64,000 bases of DNA from Fistulifera solaris (GCA_030295235.1 AP026138.1:496001-560000), one strand, 5' to 3'; numbered from the stretch's first letter, positions 26,531-39,300 are shown. The notes: generated from the sequence alone by a model not told the origin. Numbers and translations are program-made.

Positions 26531-27903
26531 GCAAGTATACAACATTAGTAGATACACTGTCACATCCTCTATTGTAGATTTTGAAAAGAAGTGATAATGA
26601 CATCACTGTGTCTTTCTTCAATCGATAAGGATCTTACAAGTTGAACTCAACTATGATTAAAATAATGGCCGGTGATAATAACTCGCTTTTTACTGCGTTA
26701 ACTGCAAGGATATTTCCTTGTAAACGCTACTTCTGTTGATTGAGTGCTATGGCAATTCATTCCAGAGAAGGAACTTACATGAGATGGTAGCTCTTCTTTT
26801 CCTAGATATCGCCATTGCTGTCATGAATTTGTAAAAGTCTTTGCGGAGACTCTTTGTGTTGAGTGCTTTCGACACTGGATGACTTTTTCTTTCGCAATCG
26901 CGCCGATCAGTCGAGCGGGAAAAAACCTACTCAACCCTGTTGATGTGTAATGTAATATCACCAGAGGAGACCGCTCTTCCCCTTGTGAGTGGATCGAGCT
27001 GTAGGAAGGAATCGTCTGGATGACACCATCGTCGTCAAAGCTATTTTCCGATCCATTGGACAGAAACTGACGACTGGTTCGTTGCCCCACTGGCAGAGTA
27101 CTTCGAGGAAGTCCGATAGTCTCGTTTGTGGTTGAGAAAGACCAAATACTTGAAAACATGGTGGTGGTTAGTCGAGCGGATTTCTTTATATGTGCTGCGC
27201 GAGGATCAAGAATTTTAATGAGATAATGATTGTCAATGCACCTTTTGCGTGCAAATAATGAAGCCGAAGCGCCAAGGCAAATGCCAAAATTACTGTAACG
27301 TAAAATGTAGGCGTGCCGCACTGTTTCTGGAATGGATCGTGTTTTCCGTTCCAAGATTGCTCTGTTCGGCTTTTGCACGGATAGTACATTTTGCGTAATA
27401 GTGACTGGATCGCTGAACACGACAGGAAGGTGAAGAACGTGTTCTTGTCGCTGAAACGAGAAAATAGTATCAAGATCCGTCATATTACACGTTGCGACAT
27501 GTAACGAGCAGTTGCTGTTTTTGCTCGTTTTTATAGCGCAAGAATAAGCGACGACGATGATGGTCGCAGCACCTCCGTCTCCGACTGTCAACACTTTCGA
27601 GCCTTTCTCATTTGATCGATTACCATTATTTGATCGAGAGGAAAGCGTCAAATCAGTCTTGATTTAATCATTGCTCAGAAAGATTGAAAGGCGCATTCGT
27701 TATTGCAAGCGTCATTGTCAACAACAATAGGACGTTCTTCTCCGTGACTCAAACACACACGGAGCAACACTTTGCCGTGGTTTCGAAGCAACGGCAAAAT
27801 TTCAAACACATCCAGTTCGGTACGTCCTCGCCGGACGGCTCCTCGAGATAATATCAAGTGGGAAGAAACTGCTGTAAGATACGGAAACGAAGAAGAGGGT
27901 GAC

Positions 27904-28701
27904 ATGTCGGGGAGTTTCGAGTCCGTCAAGCGTGAAGCCGTGCAATTAGAGCGTCAATTGGAGGACAAGATTGCTCGTTTTCAGCAGGTAAGAACGTATC
28001 GATTTTCCTCGCTACAGTCAACCCGGGTCGCAATCGTACTTAACCGTTTTCTGCTGTCCTTCTTTCTGTGACTCGTCCTCAAAGTTAACACAAAATGGAG
28101 CGCCGCGACACACAGCACCGATTTAGGAAATAGCTTGAGTCGAGCCGAGTTAGGACTCACGGAAAATTCTTCCGAAGCGATTGCTTCGTTACAGATAGAA
28201 ATTCCGCGTTTGTTCTCTCAATTGCACGATGTCATTCACGGCCGTCTCATTCCGGCCGGAACACTCCCGTCCCAACGAGCCGTCGGCAACCGCTATCGCG
28301 ACATTTTGCAGGATCTTCGGACCGATTACGATAAATCGTTGGCTGTGCTGCGACGCGCGAAAGAACGACACGAACTGTTGGCGGGTGCGGCGGCCTCGTC
28401 CTCGGACGATGGACGTGACCCCGGCATGGAGAGTTTGTTGCGGGAACGCAATCACATCAACAACTCCATGAATGCGGCAGCGTCGGTGATAGGTCAAGCC
28501 GAAAGTGTTCGACAAGATCTGCGCTGGCAAGGAAGATCCTTGCGTTCGGCGGGGACTTTGATTAACGCCATCACTACAAATATCCCTGGATTGAATGGTT
28601 TGGTGGAACAGATTCGACGACGACGATCTCGAGACGATCAAATTGTAGCAGGCGTGATCGCTTCATGTATTGTGTTTACCCTGTGGTACTTGTTTGGCTA
28701 A
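27904..28701 (+). CDS. GOS1: Golgi Qb-SNARE GOS1/GOSR1; intron 27988-28084; 1-nt frameshift ~28094
   Basis: FESVKREAVQLERQLEDKIARF, RYRDILQD, LLRERNHINNS, IPGLNGLVEQIRRRRSRD, then a C-terminal TM helix. Confidence 0.85.
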
Positions 28702-28865
28702 ACGAGAGCGTTTGTGAAACGAGGAACTCCAAGGCTTTGTTGCATCTGCATTGTTTTCCTCTTGTAATTGGTTATTAAATTCTTTAAACCTATGAAAACT
28801 CTAGTGTAAGTCACGAAATCCACGAAAAACTATCTTTCAACTCTACTTTGCATTAGGAAACTGCT

Positions 28866-29750
28866 CTAAGAAAAAGACTTTAGTTTCTTGGCGTGAAAAT
28901 CGATATGATCAGCAACGCATGCTGCGATGAAATAATACGAATGGTCCATTCCTTCGTGACGACGAATCGTAACAGTTTGACCAACGGACGTTGCAGTGGT
29001 TTCAAAATCGTCCAAACAAAGTTGATCTTTCAGAAACTCATCGTCCAAACCTTGATCGATCAATATGTCGTCGTACAACAACGACTTTTTCGCAAGTTGT
29101 TTCAACAATTCCGTCGCATCGTGCGCCAAGCCATCTTCCACCGACCCAAAATAGTTTTCGAAGGCCTTCTTGCCCCACGGACATGCCGTCGGATGACAAA
29201 TGGGTGCAAAAACCGAAACGCTCTTCCAATCGGTCTCACCCGAAAGCTTTGACTTAAAGGCTAACGTCAGAGCACCATGTCCTCCCATAGAATGTCCGGT
29301 AATCGACTTGAGCGCAGGGTTGATTCCGGGAAAGTTCTCGTTGATAACGACAGGCAACTCCTTCTGAATGTAGCTTTCCATTTGAAAGTGCGCTTTCCAT
29401 GGTTCTTGGGTCGCATTGATGTAAAAGCCCGCACCTTGACCAAGATCATACGCGTCATCGTTGGCGACGCCGTCCCCCCGCGGAGACGTATCGGGCAGCA
29501 CGAGCGCCAAATCGGCGGCATCCGCGTGCGGAAAGGCCCCGGCTTTTTGCGAGCAGTTTTGATCGTTGCAAGTCAAGCCACTCAAATAGTAGAGTGCTGG
29601 CGTCGTCGCCGACGATTCGTCGTACGAATGCGGCAAAAAAATGGCAAAGATCATGTCACACGCGGTGCTCCTCGACTGGTGTTGACAGCGGTGCAACATT
29701 CCCCCTTGGCGCGTCACGCGTGTGCTTGAAAGGATCTTGAAGGTTGACAT
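28866..29750 (-). CDS. ESD: S-formylglutathione hydrolase (esterase D)
   Basis: LYYLSGLTC, PDTSPRG, GQGAGFYINATQEPW, GHSMGGHGAL, ILIDQG, DHSYYFI. Confidence 0.95.
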   Translation of the reverse strand: MSTFKILSSTRVTRQGGMLHRCQHQSRSTACDMIFAIFLPHSYDESSATTPALYYLSGLTCNDQNCSQKAGAFPHADAADLALVLPDTSPRGDGVANDDAYDLGQGAGFYINATQEPWKAHFQMESYIQKELPVVINENFPGINPALKSITGHSMGGHGALTLAFKSKLSGETDWKSVSVFAPICHPTACPWGKKAFENYFGSVEDGLAHDATELLKQLAKKSLLYDDILIDQGLDDEFLKDQLCLDDFETTATSVGQTVTIRRHEGMDHSYYFIAACVADHIDFHAKKLKSFS

Positions 29751-30042
29751 ATTGAATGGAAAACAACACAGAATGATTTAAATTGCAAACAAGGCAGCAA
29801 TAAAAAAACTCGAATCGCCGCGCTCTTCGTCGCACCTTTATTATTGCGACTCCTCGATAAAAGCCGGTAAGACAACAATACCGTCATACCGGTAAAAAGG
29901 GACCTTATTAGACTTAGACTGAACCCAGACTTCACCTCGTTGGTATCGAATGAGAAATAAAGAGTAAACTCTGCAATGTATCGGAAGAAAGCCAATCGAT
30001 CACATTATGAACGAAATGATTGAGTGTAGACTTCATTAGAGA

Positions 30043-30651
30043 TTATTTATGTGCATTAAATGAAGAAGGATCGACCTTGTACCCTTTCTCCTCGATGGGC
30101 ATGTGCGAAAAATCTTCCAGTACTTGCGCCAGTAATTCGGTCGTTTTCTTATGATTATTCAAGCTTTTTCGTTCCTTGCTCGGTTCCGTTTCCAGGAGGC
30201 ATTGCTGACTAATTTGGCGAATCGGAATGCGCAGGCCTTGACTTTGGTCGAGCTGCTTCCGTTGACTACTGAATTGCCGTGCCGGAATAACAAGGGGAGA
30301 TACGGGAGCCGAACTTATTTTCTTGGGAAGCAAGGAAGTGTCGTACATGTCCCGTCGGCTGCTCTGTCGAACCGGCAGGCGGATGGCCTGTGCTCCGAGA
30401 GCCATCCTCTTATCCCAATCATTTTTCACAAACTTTTCGTCACGAGAACTCGTCAATGTGGGCATATTCTTTTGTTGTTTCGTTCGTGGTGTGGTGGTGC
30501 TCGACCACCGGTTGGTGGCTTTCGAATCGCGTTGGTCGAGCCGGGGCCGCTTGGCAAACGATTTGGCGTAGACAGGACTGCGTGCATTGTCGGAGACCAA
30601 TTGCACCCAATGGATGGCGGGTAGTATCTGATGCAAAGGTAAAATTGTCAT
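30043..30651 (-). CDS. Hypothetical protein with three PxRQxS motifs
   Basis: 202-aa ORF containing RLPVRQSS, VIPARQFS and RIPIRQIS. Confidence 0.6.
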   Translation of the reverse strand: MTILPLHQILPAIHWVQLVSDNARSPVYAKSFAKRPRLDQRDSKATNRWSSTTTPRTKQQKNMPTLTSSRDEKFVKNDWDKRMALGAQAIRLPVRQSSRRDMYDTSLLPKKISSAPVSPLVIPARQFSSQRKQLDQSQGLRIPIRQISQQCLLETEPSKERKSLNNHKKTTELLAQVLEDFSHMPIEEKGYKVDPSSFNAHK

Positions 30652-31978
30652 TGTAAGAAAGATGGACTCGAAGTTGGCTAATGGGAAGAAATAGATGATT
30701 GTCGCGACGATAATGTGTTAGACGTTATCTCCAAAACGGAAGAGGCGAGAAGTCGCTTTTGCTTATGCATTATGCAACAACGCGACAACTCGCGGCTGTG
30801 CGCGCTGCCGCTGCCGCTGGAGTTTGAATTATTTCTCCGAGGTGAGAAAAAGAGAAAATGGTACAGTACACTGTAAACTACAGTGATGACAGGTGGCCCG
30901 GGACACTAAATGTTTATTTCTCCGAATCGAGAATACGTAGCACATAGTGGAATACTTTGTACTTTGTACTGTAGTCTACACCGTCAACCTAGAGCTAGAA
31001 AAAACAGAAAAAAAAAAAAAGGACCAAAGACAAAGACCAAAGAGAAGGACTAATAAAGACAAAAGATAGAAGATAGGTGACAGGTACAGTAAAAGCGAGC
31101 ATTCAAAATTCAAAAGCAAGAAGCAAGAAGCAAAAAAGAAGCAAGAAGGAAGGTAAAAGGAGAACGTAGCACGTATCACGTAAGCACGAGTAGCGAGTAG
31201 GTAGTAGGTCCTACTAGGGACCGAGCACCGAGCACCGAGGAAGACGGACGACGAATGCGAAGGGCGCTGAGCGTTTGAGTGCCGAGTGCCGAGCGCTGAC
31301 GCTTGACGCTGAATGAGCCAAAGAGTTTATTAAAACCGAAGGCCGAAGTGTTTCTGGCTTCTTGCTTCTTGGTTCTTGGCATCTCTAATCTCTAATCTCT
31401 ATACTTGGACGCTTGTTGTCTCTTAGATCGTGAACCGTGAATCGTAGAATCGTATAGAAAACTAGGTAGTAAATTACGTGCGTTAGACACCAAAAACTCT
31501 GACTTTGAACATGGAAATCTTGCGTACAGTACCTGGTATCACGTATCACTACTCACCACCCACCACTCACCACTGACACAGACAGCGGACACCGGACAAC
31601 ACCTTGGACAACGAACAAAATACACTTGTAACTTTTTCGTTTTTTGTTGCACGGGATGTGGGACCAGAGACTAGGGACTCAGAAATATCTAGCTAGTTAG
31701 CTAGACTCATGAGACTACAAACTATTTTGGTACCCAATTAGAGAAATCATGACAAACTAATGTTGTCAACAGTCTACCGTATGCGCATCACATATCACAT
31801 GACAATAACACGCCTTCAATCTACGGGTAAGTTTTCGACCTTCGTCCTCTCTTAATCTGGCAGCGAATAATTAGACTGCTAGGAATTCCTCGCACAAGTC
31901 TATCGAAGATTCCACTAGATATGGATTTAATGGATGCTCACTTACTGATAGATCGAAACCAATGTAGGGGTGTTAACT

Positions 31979-34785
31979 TTAAGCTAAGAGAGAAACCTTT
32001 CGGTTACGCACACTTTCTAGATGTTTGATCAGAGACTCACTTGTTTGTTCTAGCTTTGAATCGCTCCCTGACAAGCAGACTGCTTGGAGTGCTTCTAGAA
32101 GAATGTCAGCATCTGCGTGCACGCGCTCGAGCATTGTATCATTCTGCAACAGATTGTGTATCATGTCGATTGTCTTCGCTTGCTCAGCACTGTCCATAGC
32201 ACCCAAGCTCGCACATTGCGAATGGAAAAATTGATTAAAAAGTTCGCTCTCAGATACAAATAGCACAAAGACGGGTTTCATCCACGATTCCAAATTTGTG
32301 AGCTGATGCTGTAGACTGTGCTGAACAAACCTTCCCAGTGCAACCATGAGCAACTCCACCATATGTTCAGGGAGTAACCTAACGAGGGTAATGGAAGAGT
32401 CATCTCGAATTATATCCATCGAGAATGCAGCTAGGACAGACACCGCGGCACGAATCCAGAGAGCTTCGGAAGTATTGCACAATGCATCCCCAGGTTCCAT
32501 TAATTTGCTCAGTAAAGTGTGAAGGGTTGGCAACACTTTCTTTGATCCGCATTGCATCAAGCATGTCACTACATTCGCCAGAGCGCTATCCAAAGTTAGC
32601 AGCTTTTCTGATTTGACGACGTGGCCGGGATTGTTATCATCCCACCACTTCTCATTGCCGATCTCCAGCAAACCAGTCGAGTCTACTAAAAAGCAAATGT
32701 AAGACTGCATTCTAATCGTCCTTCGCGAACCATGTATCGACCAGACAATAAAAGCAGCAAAATCTGGACTCAGCAGTGGGCCATCACTCCTGTGAAGACT
32801 CCGTGCACATGAGTTTGCAAGACCTTTGATGATGAGTTCCGTCGGAGGACCAAGAGTGAGTATCAATGAAATAGCCAGGTGTTGCACAATGGGGGACATA
32901 GTTTCAAAAATAGAGTTTCCGCTAGGAGTGTGTGAGTCAACGAAAAGGGGTTCCACTGCCTGACGAATTGACTGTAAGAGAGTACTTCCTCCATTACCGC
33001 TTCGCTGTGCGATTTGCAGCAGGAAAGATAACACAGAAAAACTTTCCCTTTCAAAATCGCTCTTCCAGGCATTGAGATAGCGCGGAAGAACCTCGATTGT
33101 TTTCGACGTCTCGTTGGACCATGTCATATCGAAGTTCTCCGAACCATAGCTTTGTTCAATTAATGCGATTGCGAGAATAGCAGCCGCCCTTCCGACTTTT
33201 GACCTTGTGGTGTTTTCATCAAACATTTCCTTATCACTGAAGAAGGTAGTGTGAAAGAGTGTCCTTAGCTGATCAATGACCGCTCTACCTGAACCCCAAA
33301 GACTTTCCCCGTCTAAAAGAAGAATCGATAAAACTCGAATAGTGGGCGCCGAAATAATATCTTGAGACGACTCCGTGTTGTCTGTGCCGTTCAGTCGCAT
33401 CTTCAGCTGGGAATGAACATACTTGGTAACTTGTTCGATCGATGTAGATCCCTTGTGAAAGTCGCATACGCCACGAAGCGAAGTACACATGCACAAAACG
33501 GTGGAACATACTTCAAAGTTGGCGTCTTTTGCCTTACTATTGGGCGAGGCGTCATCGTAGAAAGGGAAGTGTTCGAGTATCAAGTTCAAAAGCTGACCGC
33601 ATTGTTTCTTGAATCGAGCTGCTTCCTCACCACCAGTAACCAAAGCAGAAGCAATCGACTTGCCATATGTTTTCCAAAATAGATTCATGCAGCGCAACAG
33701 TCGGTAAGCGATTAGGAGATCTTCCCACGACAATCGGTAGGCTTCTTCATTGAACATAAATCCTTTTGCGTCACTTCAACAAACTTGTCTCGAAGCTTGG
33801 ACACGAATTCCTTTGCAAAGTCCAGCGAGATTGTTTGATGGTGTGTGCTGCTCGCATCATCACTCATTGACCTCGAGGAATGGAGCAGATCACGAGAAAA
33901 ATTTACCGGACCGATTCTATGCTGCGCATTTGATTTGGAAATAAACAACGAATTGGTCGACATTGGTTGATGCTCAGAAGTCATGCGATACCGTTTGGGA
34001 ATCGAGAGAAAATCTTCATCCTCGTCGTCCTTGCCAGCGGCAGCCTCCAACAACAAAAGAAGAGCTTCCAAAATAACCGATTGCTGCCCATTTGCGGATT
34101 GCTGTGTTGTTTTTCCAGCATTTCGTTTTCGCTTCTTGGCTTTCGATTCACTCGTATCGCTGCTCTGTGATGTTCGTTGAGTAGTGACACGGTAGTCGAC
34201 AAGAATTCGAACAAAGGCCGGTAACAATTTGGTCGAAATGTACGGCCGCACCAAATGCGGGACGTATCGACTCAATAGCGCTACCGCATCCGCGCCATCA
34301 CGCCGCGTGGACTTGTCCAGACTGTTGAGTGTCGATGATACAAAGACGATGATGAACCCCGAGAGCGGAACTAAATCATTACTGTTTACTAACTGTAGCA
34401 GCAAATGCTTGAGCATGGCCAAACTGAGAGTCCTGACTTCATCTTCTTCATCCACCAGGCATTTGGAGCAAATGTTGACCCACAATGAGATATTTTGACG
34501 CACACTGGAATTCTCCTGAATGTGACTTAGAATGTCTCGCAAACCTTTCGCCGCCGAAATTCGTACCGCTCGAGCGGGATGCTGCAACTGAGTAGAGAGC
34601 TCGGAAATAGAGCGACCTCGGGACGAAATCAATGCATCGTCGTGCTTTTCTACTTGAACAGCTTGCTCTCGCAGTGACAGTGATGCCGCGCGGAAGCTTG
34701 TCTCGGTCAGATTCAGCTGTTTCGGCGCTCTTTTACCGACCTTTGCTTTGATTTTCTTGAAGTCTGGTGGTGGCTTTGGCGGCAT
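31979..34785 (-). CDS. TEX10: Pre-rRNA processing protein IPI1/TEX10 (frameshift ~33765)
   Basis: N-terminus DFKKIKAKVGKRAPKQLNLTETSF...LREQ, LQHPARAVRISAAKGL, helical HEAT-like body. Two overlapping ORFs. Confidence 0.8.
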
Positions 34786-35384
34786 GGTACTGCTCTGTTT
34801 ACTTCGGTGATGAAAAGATTGAATGAATGAAAGGAAATGAAGCTGGGGCATTTCATTTTGGAAAAAAGAAAAGAAAGAGGCGGCGGAGAAAATAACGGAG
34901 GAATGGTTTACGAGAAGTGACGGGCAAAGGACAAACGTCGCAGTTTCGTGACTCATCCTACATAAATCAGTTATATTCCTGGGTTACTATCGCTAGTAGT
35001 GTATAGCAACTTTACCACGACTGCTTTTCAGTCATGAATCAAAATTCTTTCGAGACAAACTGGTTTCATTTTTGGAGTTTCAGTTGCGCTTCAGCTAAAT
35101 TACGTTCATATATTGAACCCTTGCTATCTACGTCGATAAACACTCATGCCGTCTAAGATTAAGAACACTTTTAGTTAAAAAGAGCGACTAATATCCATAT
35201 CTGTTATCCCTAACCCTTGGCGACATCACCTTCGCCGTCTGGCAGGCGTCCGCTACAACAAAAATAACGACCAACGAAAAGATAGAAACAACAAAACCAT
35301 TTCGCTCGATATTTCTTCGTAGTCTAGTGTCTCTAGACTCTTGCTGCTTTCTCGCCTGCAAATACAAATTGTAGAATACCAGCA

Positions 35385-37154
35385 ATGGCGACGTTGTTTG
35401 GAAAATCGACACGAAAGCGCGTGCGAACGGATGATGCGCTTCCTTCCGAGTCGGAAAACCCCCCCACGAGTAGCGCGGAAGACTCGTCTACAACACATGC
35501 TGTCGAAACGAAAAAGCCCCTTTCAACGTACGCCACATTCGAGGATTTAGGCCTCGCCGATCCATTGATCAAAACGTGTCGAGAATTAGGCTTTCGTAAA
35601 CCCACGCCAGTACAGCGCGTCGTCATCCCCTTCTTGTTGCAGCAACGACATTCCCATCTCATGGCGTTGGCGAGTACTGGCTCCGGAAAAACGGCAGCCT
35701 TCTGTCTACCCATTTTACAACATTTATCCGAAGATCCTTACGGAATATACACTGTCGTACTAACACCGACGCGTGAACTCGCCAAGCAGATTCATCAGCA
35801 AGTGGTCGCTCTCGGTAGTTCGTACCGCGTCCAATCCGCTTTGGTCGTCGGTGGATTGGATAGTGTACGACAGTCTTGCGAATTGGATCAGCGGCCGCAT
35901 TTCTGTGTCGCTACGCCGGGACGATTGGCGACCTTGTTGCGGGGTCCGCAGCCGCCCAAATTGGGACAAGTGCAATATCTGGTGTTGGATGAAGCCGATC
36001 GTTTGTTGACGCCCCACAGTGGCTTTGAGCGGGATGTCGCCGAGTTGTTACTCCATTGTACCTCCAACAAAACACGAAGGATGCCGTGTCAAACGCTTCT
36101 TTTTAGTGCCACCATGACGAAGAGTTTGGAGAGTTTACAGGACATTGCGGGGTCAGGATTGGGTCGGCTGCCTCTGGAAAAGTTTATGATTCAGGATCAC
36201 GCGGTAGAGAATGCCGATAGCGCGAAACTCAACCAGACGAACAAAAGTAGCAGCGAGGAAGATATCAACGACGAAAGCGGTGGAGAGTCATCTGGAAAGC
36301 AAATGAAGCACGAGTCAAACAGTGGCGAAGGCGACGACGAACCTGATGAAGGAGGAAAGACTATTCCAAAGATTCCTGAAGGATTGAGTCAGCAATATAT
36401 CTTCATGCCCTCCAGGGTGCGCGATGCTTACTTACTTGCCGCTGTACGCACGCTTATGGCGTACGGCGGAAGATCCCCCGATCAAGTAGTCGCTGAAGCA
36501 AAGAAACTCAAACGCGACAAACACAACAAATTCTCCAAACAAAGCAAGGACGAATATGATCACGAAAAGGAAGCAACGAAGGCACGATCTGCTATTATAT
36601 TTGTCTCAACTTGTGAGAGAGCCGCGCTTGTCTCCGGAATTCTTTCTCATGTCGGTGTTGAGAATGTTGCCTTGCATTCTCTTTTGTCTCAAAATCGTCG
36701 CCTTGCCTCACTGGGAAAGTTCAAGTCGCAGCAAGTTCGAGTGTTAGTGGCAACGGATGTTGCGTCACGGGGACTGGACATTCCGACTGTTGACTTGGTC
36801 ATCAACTCGGAACTTCCACGCAGTGCCTTTTGTTATGTGCACCGGGTGGGCCGCACCGCCCGAGCGGGTCGACGAGGAAAAGCCATTTCCCTGGTGGCCG
36901 AGTCCGAAGTAGCCCTCGTGCATGCCGCCGAACGCGTTTCGGGTCGAGCACTCGAAAAGTGTACCGACGTGACCGATGATATTGCGATTCAACTGCTGGG
37001 ATCTGTGACCAAAGCGGCGCGTTTGACGAAAATGAAACTCATGGAAATTGGCTTTGACGAGTTGGTGGAGAAATTCAAGGAGCGTAAAGCACGTGACGCG
37101 AAGGAGCGCGAGCGAATCGAGAAGGCACTGAAGAAAATGGGAAATAGAGGGTGA
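35385..37154 (+). CDS. DBP8: DEAD-box RNA helicase DBP8/DDX49
   Basis: Q motif, ASTGSGKTAAF, LSEDPYGI (DBP8-type), PTRELA, DEADR, FSAT, LHSLLSQNRRLASLGKFKS, ASRGLDIP, HRVGRTARAGR. Confidence 0.92.
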   Translation: MATLFGKSTRKRVRTDDALPSESENPPTSSAEDSSTTHAVETKKPLSTYATFEDLGLADPLIKTCRELGFRKPTPVQRVVIPFLLQQRHSHLMALASTGSGKTAAFCLPILQHLSEDPYGIYTVVLTPTRELAKQIHQQVVALGSSYRVQSALVVGGLDSVRQSCELDQRPHFCVATPGRLATLLRGPQPPKLGQVQYLVLDEADRLLTPHSGFERDVAELLLHCTSNKTRRMPCQTLLFSATMTKSLESLQDIAGSGLGRLPLEKFMIQDHAVENADSAKLNQTNKSSSEEDINDESGGESSGKQMKHESNSGEGDDEPDEGGKTIPKIPEGLSQQYIFMPSRVRDAYLLAAVRTLMAYGGRSPDQVVAEAKKLKRDKHNKFSKQSKDEYDHEKEATKARSAIIFVSTCERAALVSGILSHVGVENVALHSLLSQNRRLASLGKFKSQQVRVLVATDVASRGLDIPTVDLVINSELPRSAFCYVHRVGRTARAGRRGKAISLVAESEVALVHAAERVSGRALEKCTDVTDDIAIQLLGSVTKAARLTKMKLMEIGFDELVEKFKERKARDAKERERIEKALKKMGNRG

Positions 37155-37203
37155 TAGTTAGCTAAATAAAAATTAGGTCGATTTAGTCTATAGAGATAGT
37201 CTA

Positions 37204-39114
37204 CGGTGTCCACAATTTCTGGAACGTGCAAAGCATTTTGGTAGGCTCGAAAAACTGGTCCAGAATTTCTGAATTTCTGTATGATCAGAAATAACGTATT
37301 CAGAATATCTGGAACATGCCCCTTCTTTCGTTATGATCAAAACCTGGTTTCCAAAATTTCTGGTAAGCGCACATTCTTTCGTCATGATCCAAAACACCCT
37401 GTCCACAATTTTTGGGACGTGCACAGCATTTTGGTAGGATCGAAAAATTGGTCCAGAATTTCTGGACCACCATAGAATTTCTGTATGAGCAGCAATAACT
37501 TGTCCAGAATATCTGGAACATGCCCCTTCTTTCGTTATGATCAAAACCTGGTTTCCAGAATTTCTGGTAAGCGCACATTCTTTCGTCATGATCCAAAACA
37601 CCCTGTCCATTAATTTTTGGGACGTGCACAGCACTTTGGTAGGATCGAAAAACTGGTCCAGAATTTCTGGACCACCACAGAATTTCTGTATGAGCAGCAA
37701 TAACTTATCCAGAATATCTGGAACATGCCCTTTCTTTCGTTATGATCAAAACCAGGTTTCCAAAATTTCTGGAACGCGCACATTCTTTCGTCATGATCCA
37801 AATCACCGTGTCCACAATTTTTGGGACGTGCACAGCACTTTGGTAGGATCGAAAAATTGGTCCAGAATTTCTGGACCACCACAGAATTTCTGTATGAGCA
37901 GCAATAACTTATCCAGAATCTCTGGAACATGCCCTTTCTTTCGTTATGATCAAAACCTGGTTTCCAGAATTTCTGGTAAGCGCACATTCTTTCGTCATGA
38001 TCCAAAACACCCTGTCCACAATTTTTGGGACGTGCACAGCACTTTGGTAGGATCGAAAAAACTGGTCCAGAATTTCTGGACCACCACAGAATTTCTGTAT
38101 GAGCAGCAATAACTTATCCAGAATCTCTGGAACATGCCCCTTCTTTCGTTATGATCAAAACCTGGTTTCCAAAATTTCTGGTAAGCGCACATTCTTTCGT
38201 CATGATCCAAAACACCCTGTCCACAATTTTTGGGACGTGCACAGCACTTTGGTAGGATCGAAAAACTGGTCCAGAATTTCTGGACCACCACAGAATTTCT
38301 GTATGAGCAGCAATAACTTGTCCAGAATATCTGGAACATGCCCCTTCTTTCGTTATGATCAAAACCTGGTTTCCAAAATTTCTGGTAAGCGCACATTCTT
38401 TCGTCATGATCCAAAACACCCTGTCCACAATTTTTGGGACGTGCACAGCACTTTGGTAGGATCGAAAAAACTGGTCCAGAATTTCTGGACCACCACAGAA
38501 TTTCTGTATGAGCAGCAATAACTTATCCAGAATCTCTGGAACATGCCCTTTCTTTCGTTATGATCAAAACCTGGTTTCCAAAATTTCTGGTAAGCGCACA
38601 TTCTTTCGTCATGATCCAAATCACCGTGTCCATTAATTTTTGGGACGTGCACAGCACTTTGGTAGGATCGAAAAACTGGTCCAGAATTTCTGGACCACCA
38701 CAGAATTTCTGTATGAGCAGCAATAACTTATCCAGAATATCTGGAACATGCCCTTTCTTTCGTTATGATCAAAACCTGGTTTCCAAAATTTCTGGAACGC
38801 GCTCTTTCTTTCGTCATGATCCAAAACACCATGTCCACAATTTTTGGGACGTGCACAGCACTTTGGTAGGATCGAAAAAACTGGTCCAGAATTTCTGGAC
38901 CACCACAGAATTTCTGTATGAGCAGCAATAACTTATCCAGAATATCTGGAACATGCCCTTTCTTTCGTTATGATCAAAACCTGGTTTCCAAAATTTCTGG
39001 AACGCGCTCTTTCTTTCGTCATGATCCAAAACACCGTGTCCATGATTTCTGGAACATTCCCAGAATTTCTGGACCACCACAGAATTTCTGTATGATCAGA
39101 ATTTCTGGAACCGG
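37204..39114. repeat. Tandem array of ~9.3 units of 204-205 bp, bounded by imperfect inverted ends and TA dinucleotides
   Basis: Marker GTATGAGCAGC at 37483, 37688, 37892, 38097, 38301, 38506, 38711 and 38916; variant GTATGATCAG at 37279 and 39090. TA at 37202-37203 and 39115-39116. Confidence 0.95.
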
Positions 39115-39300
39115 TAGACCTATTATACTGTAGGTTCAAGGTTTTTGTCAAAATCCGGACAGATTTTTCTCATGAGTCACGAATGACTATCTTTTTGAAT
39201 CAATTTTGGCTCATTATGTTGTTGGCCATCAGCCATCAGTTTGCTCACTTTGAGGGTAATAGAACACACGCTTCTCTCTACGCTACGTTTTATTTTCGTC

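Noticed and set aside
26821..27651. 276-aa minus-strand ORF
   Set aside because: Non-ATG start and no motifs. Only the last ~112 codons might be a small gene, and support is insufficient.
37204..39114. CRISPR-like appearance and many short ORFs in the array
   Set aside because: Sequences between the palindromes repeat in every unit (no unique spacers), no cas genes are present, and the ORFs shift frame with unit length.
37204..39114. Heat-shock elements (TTCnnGAA) in the array
   Set aside because: GAA-T-TTC spacing breaks the nGAAn register. The matches are by-products of the palindrome.
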